From Capsulimonadaceae bacterium (GTDB taxonomy: Bacteria > Armatimonadota > Armatimonadia > Armatimonadales > Capsulimonadaceae), in assembly GCA_965215505.1 (NCBI GenBank), contig OZ244065.1:1728001-1792000 (forward strand): a stretch of 64,000 bases of DNA. Direction: 5' to 3'. The position numbers and the translations under genes were made by a program. Shown piece by piece: positions 60,356 to 64,000 of the stretch. Under the pieces are notes generated by a model. It was not told the origin of the DNA. It searched no databases and worked only from the letters and a program-made list of their open reading frames with translations. Numbering within the stretch: the first letter of the stretch is position 1; each line of letters starts with the position of its first letter.

Positions 60356-62398
60356 ATGGCCTACATCTCCCTTTACCGCAAATACCGGCCGCAGACGTTC
60401 GAGGATGTCGTCGGGCAGGAACACGTCACGACGACGCTGCGGAACTCCATCATCGAGGGCCGGATCGCAAGCGGCTACCTGTTCACCGGGACGCGCGGGA
60501 CGGCCAAGACGACCTGCGCGCGTATCCTCGCCAAAGCCCTGAACTGCATCGGGCCGGACGGAAAGCGGGCCACACCGAATCCCGAGCCGTGCGGCGTCTG
60601 CGGGCCGTGCCGAGGCATCGCTTCGTCGTCGTTCGTGGACGTGCTGGAGATGGACGCCGCCTCGCACGGCAAGGTGGACGACGTGCGCGACCTGGTGGCC
60701 TCCATCAAGTTCCCTCCGATGGAGGGGCGCTACAAGGTCTACATCATTGACGAGGCCCACCAGCTCTCGCGGGACGCCATGGATGCGTTCCTGAAGACCC
60801 TGGAGGAGCCGCCGGACGGTGTGGTCTTCGTGCTTGCCACGACCGAGCTGGAAAAGCTGCCGATCACCATCGCCTCCCGCTGCCAGGTGTACGAGTTCAA
60901 GCGCGGCTCGGTCGCCCAGATCTCGGCGCGGCTGGCCGACGTGCTGCAAGCGGAGGGCGTCCTGGCTGATGATGCCGCTGTGACACTGATCGCCCGCGCT
61001 GCTGACGGGTCGTACCGCGACTCGCTCTCGCTGCTCGAACAGGTCTTAGCCTATCAGCGGGAACACGTCACGGCCAAAGACGTCACGGTCGTTCTGGGGA
61101 CGATTGACGACGACCTGCTCTTGCAAGTCGTTGACCTCGTCGCGGACTCCGATGCGGCGGGCGCGTTCGGCCTGGTCGGGTCCATCCTGGAGAGCGGCAA
61201 GGACGTCCGGCAGTTTTTGAAGAGCCTGGCCGAGAGGTTCCGGGACATGCTGTTCGTCGGCGTCGGCGCGCGGCCCGCCGCGCCGGGCGAGATGGACGAC
61301 AGCGCGGCGATGCGCGCCCAGGCGGCCCGGTTCGCGCCGTCCACGCTGCTCCAGGCCCTGGAGACGCTGACGGCGGCGGAGCAGGAGACGAAGCGCAGCA
61401 ACCAGCACCGGCTGCTGCTGGAAATGGCCCTGCTGCGGCTGATGCGGCTGCCCTCGGAGGCCGCGCCGCCCTCAGCGCCCACTTTCGCCGCGCCGCCGCT
61501 GAAGCCCCTCGTGACGCCGCCGTCGAGCAACGGCAACGGGGCCAAGGCGGTGCCCGCGCCGGTCGTGACTGTCGCGCCTGCTGTGACCCGCGCGCTGGTG
61601 GAAGCCGCCCCCACCCCGGCGGTTCCGGTCGCAACGCCTCTGCATGCCGCCGAAGTGGAACTATCCCCCGTCATCCCCTACGACATGCCGCCGCCGCTGG
61701 CCGAGGACGAGCTGCCGGACGAGGACGAAGGCCTGGGCGATGAAGACCTGAGCGTAGGCCTGCTCCTGCCCGGCGATGATGAGCTGGATTCGCTGCCGCT
61801 GGACGACGAGGAAGAGATGCCGCGCGATGACATCCCCAGCGATCCTATGCCGAGCATGATGGTCGTCTCCCCAGAGCAGCACGAGCAGGCAGACGACCTG
61901 ATGCGCGTTCAACAGGTAGCCGCCGAAACCCCCGCGCCGGTTCCGCTCAGGCCCACGCCTGCCGCCGATGCGCCGCCGGAACTGCTCCGGCTCCAGAAGT
62001 CCTGGCAGGAGGTGCTGAACCTGGTCGGGAGCCGCAGCCCTGTCGGGGTTCAAGACGTCAAGGCCGCCAAGCCGGTCGCCATACTGGACAATGCCGTCAT
62101 TCTGGAGTTCAACAATCAGTTCTCCTTCGACCGTGTTCAGGGCAAAGAGAAGGGCCGCAAGATGATCGAGGAGATCATCAACCGGACCCTCGGCGTGGAG
62201 CCGGAGACCTACAAGATTAAGTGCCTGTTGCAAGGCCAGCCTCTTCCGACTCGCGGCGTAGTCAGCAAAGTGGCGCAGAGCCTGGCTCCAAAGCCGCGCG
62301 AGGCCGCGCCTCCCGCGCCGGACCGGCCTGGCCCGTTTGTGGACGAAGTGATCGCCGTGTTCGGCGGACAACTCTTGGACGACGATTTGAAAGGATAG
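60356..62398 (+). CDS. dnaX: DNA polymerase III subunit gamma/tau
   Basis: LYRKYRPQTF, PCGVC..C, IIDEAH, LKTLEEPP, SRC. Confidence 0.96.
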   Translation: MAYISLYRKYRPQTFEDVVGQEHVTTTLRNSIIEGRIASGYLFTGTRGTAKTTCARILAKALNCIGPDGKRATPNPEPCGVCGPCRGIASSSFVDVLEMDAASHGKVDDVRDLVASIKFPPMEGRYKVYIIDEAHQLSRDAMDAFLKTLEEPPDGVVFVLATTELEKLPITIASRCQVYEFKRGSVAQISARLADVLQAEGVLADDAAVTLIARAADGSYRDSLSLLEQVLAYQREHVTAKDVTVVLGTIDDDLLLQVVDLVADSDAAGAFGLVGSILESGKDVRQFLKSLAERFRDMLFVGVGARPAAPGEMDDSAAMRAQAARFAPSTLLQALETLTAAEQETKRSNQHRLLLEMALLRLMRLPSEAAPPSAPTFAAPPLKPLVTPPSSNGNGAKAVPAPVVTVAPAVTRALVEAAPTPAVPVATPLHAAEVELSPVIPYDMPPPLAEDELPDEDEGLGDEDLSVGLLLPGDDELDSLPLDDEEEMPRDDIPSDPMPSMMVVSPEQHEQADDLMRVQQVAAETPAPVPLRPTPAADAPPELLRLQKSWQEVLNLVGSRSPVGVQDVKAAKPVAILDNAVILEFNNQFSFDRVQGKEKGRKMIEEIINRTLGVEPETYKIKCLLQGQPLPTRGVVSKVAQSLAPKPREAAPPAPDRPGPFVDEVIAVFGGQLLDDDLKG

Positions 62399-62405
62399 CA
62401 GAACG

Positions 62406-62753
62406 ATGGCAAACCCATTCGGCAAGATGCCCAGCGGCCTGGGCGACCTGATGAAGCAGGCGCAGAAGGCGATGGAGGACGCGCAGAAGGTCGAGGCCGA
62501 ACTCGACGAGGCGCGCGTCGAGGGTCAGGCCGGCGGTGGCCTAGTGAGAGTGGTCGCGACCGGCAAGGCGGAGATCGTGACGATCAAGATCGCCAAAGAG
62601 GTCGTGGACCCTGAAGACGTCGAGGCGCTGGAAGACCTGGTGACACTGGCCGTGCGCGAGGCGGTGGAAAAGGCCAACACCATGCGCGAGGAGCGGCTGA
62701 AGAGCGTCATGCCGGCGGGCATGGGCGGCGGCATGCCGGGCGGGCTGTTCTAG
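62406..62753 (+). CDS. ybaB: YbaB/EbfC nucleoid-associated protein
   Basis: MKQAQ, GGGLV.V, D.EDVE.LEDLV; between dnaX and recR. Confidence 0.93.
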   Translation: MANPFGKMPSGLGDLMKQAQKAMEDAQKVEAELDEARVEGQAGGGLVRVVATGKAEIVTIKIAKEVVDPEDVEALEDLVTLAVREAVEKANTMREERLKSVMPAGMGGGMPGGLF

Positions 62754-62776
62754 GGAAAGACTTCAAGCGACACCCT

Positions 62777-63385
62777 ATGGCCGTTTATTACCCCAAGCCG
62801 CTGGCCCGCATGGTCAGCGAATTCGAAAAGCTGCCCGGCATCGGCCCCAAGAGCGCCCAGCGGCTGGCCTTCCATGTGATGCGCCTGCCGGAAGAGGAGA
62901 CGCGCGCCCTGGCCGATGCCCTGGTCGCCCTCAAAGGCAGCATCAAGTTCTGCAAGCTCTGCCACAACTACTCCGAGGGCGACCTGTGCGACATCTGCGC
63001 CGACCCGCGCCGGGACCACTCCAGCCTGTGCGTCGTGGCCGAGCCGCGCGATCTGATCGCGATGGAAAAGACCGGCGAGTTCAAGGGGGTCTACCACGTC
63101 CTGCAAGGCGTCATCTCCCCGCTCGACGGCGTGGGCGTGGACAAGCTGCACCTCAAAGACCTGGAACAAAGGGTGGCTGACGGCAACCCGCCGGTGGAAG
63201 AGGTCATCCTCGCCACCAATCCTACCGTTGAAGGCGACACGACCTCCATGTACATCGCGCACCGCCTGAAGCCGCTCGGGACGAAGGTGACGCGCATCGC
63301 CCACGGGATGCCGGTCGGCGGCGATTTGGACTACGCGGACCAGGCGACCATCATCCAGGCGTTCGAATTCCGGCGCGAGATCTGA
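62777..63385 (+). CDS. recR: Recombination mediator RecR
   Basis: LPGIGPKSAQRLA, C..C..C..C zinc finger, YHVL.G.ISP, EVILATNPTVEG. Confidence 0.97.
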   Translation: MAVYYPKPLARMVSEFEKLPGIGPKSAQRLAFHVMRLPEEETRALADALVALKGSIKFCKLCHNYSEGDLCDICADPRRDHSSLCVVAEPRDLIAMEKTGEFKGVYHVLQGVISPLDGVGVDKLHLKDLEQRVADGNPPVEEVILATNPTVEGDTTSMYIAHRLKPLGTKVTRIAHGMPVGGDLDYADQATIIQAFEFRREI

Positions 63386-63435
63386 GCGGCGCGGGCCAGC
63401 ATCTTAGCCGGCGTTTTTCGGGTCAAGAACACCGC

Positions 63436-63464
63436 TAGACATTCCGCCCGGTTTTTGTTATAAT
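63436..63464 (+). promoter_or_regulatory. Sigma70 promoter
   Basis: TAGACA-17 bp-TATAAT with TG extension, 10 nt before ATG 63475. Confidence 0.75.
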
Positions 63465-63474
63465 AGGTACAGAC

Positions 63475-64000
63475 ATGGCCGATCTTGACAAAACACGCCT
63501 CAACGGCGATGACCCCGACCGCACCCGGCTCCCCTCGGTGGATCCCAGCCGCACCCAGATGCCCGACCCGAATCGGACGCGGCTGCCCGCCGTGGATCCG
63601 AACCGGACGCAGATGGCCGACCCCAACCGGACGCAGATGGCCGACCCCAACCGGACGCAGATGGCCGACCCCAACCGGACGCAGATGGCCGACCCCAACC
63701 GGACGCGGCTGGGGGCCGGGCCGGTGTCCGGCCCGCGTGCCCTGACCTTGGGCGCGGTGCCGGGCAACGCTTATGCATTGGCGAACGATCTGGCGCGCGA
63801 ACACGTCCTGTTCGACATCCGGGCGGGCATGGGCGGGGCGGGCGCGCGGCTGCCGCTGAACATTTCTCTGGTGATCGACAGGTCGGGCAGCATGGAGGGC
63901 GAGCCGCTGGATTACGCCAAGCGCGCCTGTGCCTATGTCGTGGACCTGCTCGAACCCGACGACATCCTGAGCGTCGTGACGTTTGAAGAGGGCGCGGACA
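63475..64000 (+). CDS. vWA domain protein with N-terminal DPNRTQMA repeats (partial; not in ORF track)
   Basis: Manual translation MADLDKTRL..(DPNRTQMA)n..RLPLNISLVIDRSGSMEG (MIDAS DxSxS); open to the window end. Confidence 0.9.
   Translation, partial: MADLDKTRLNGDDPDRTRLPSVDPSRTQMPDPNRTRLPAVDPNRTQMADPNRTQMADPNRTQMADPNRTQMADPNRTRLGAGPVSGPRALTLGAVPGNAYALANDLAREHVLFDIRAGMGGAGARLPLNISLVIDRSGSMEGEPLDYAKRACAYVVDLLEPDDILSVVTFEEGAD
63601..63706 (+). repeat. 24-bp coding tandem repeat (~4.4 perfect copies)
   Basis: aaccggacgcagatggccgacccc repeated, with degenerate copies upstream. Confidence 0.95.

Noticed and set aside
61400..61700. dnaX programmed frameshift site
   Set aside because: No AAAAAAG or poly-A slippage tract visible.
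63601..63706. Possible CRISPR array
   Set aside because: Head-to-tail 24-bp repeats without spacers, in frame within a CDS; no cas genes.

Overview
GC-rich bacterial chromosomal window. The gene content (mcsB-clpC, large SRP RNA, PilGHI-like ABC cassette, vWA protein with DPNRT repeats) suggests Armatimonadota, but this is inference. Left to right it holds: partial clpC, a divergent mcsB and a truncated mcsA; ilvE; a CaMKII-hub-like NTF2 protein; a complete nuoA-N complex I operon with a Rex-like operator, interrupted by five cargo genes (C26 peptidase, small membrane protein, PhyH dioxygenase, RelBE-type TA pair); metH behind a VapBC pair; a ROK kinase; HD and NAGPA-family genes; a Gly-rich lipoprotein operon; a sulfatase-like/sulfotransferase/oxidoreductase/isomerase cluster; ppa; a putative mannitol synthesis-transport-oxidation cluster; a three-gene phosphorelay; an ABC+TPR cassette; SRP RNA; two small paralogs; dnaX-ybaB-recR; and a partial vWA gene. 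Two families of REP-like palindromes sit in intergenic gaps. I saw no CRISPR array, rRNA, tRNA, prophage or intact transposase. The most notable oddities are: a NuoF that appears to lack its adenine-stacking aromatics, McsB with a substituted catalytic Cys plus a mini-McsA, the cargo-laden nuo operon, the mannitol-cycle-like cluster, and a sulfatase-like enzyme without CxPxR. Family calls come from motif recognition by eye; no database search was run.
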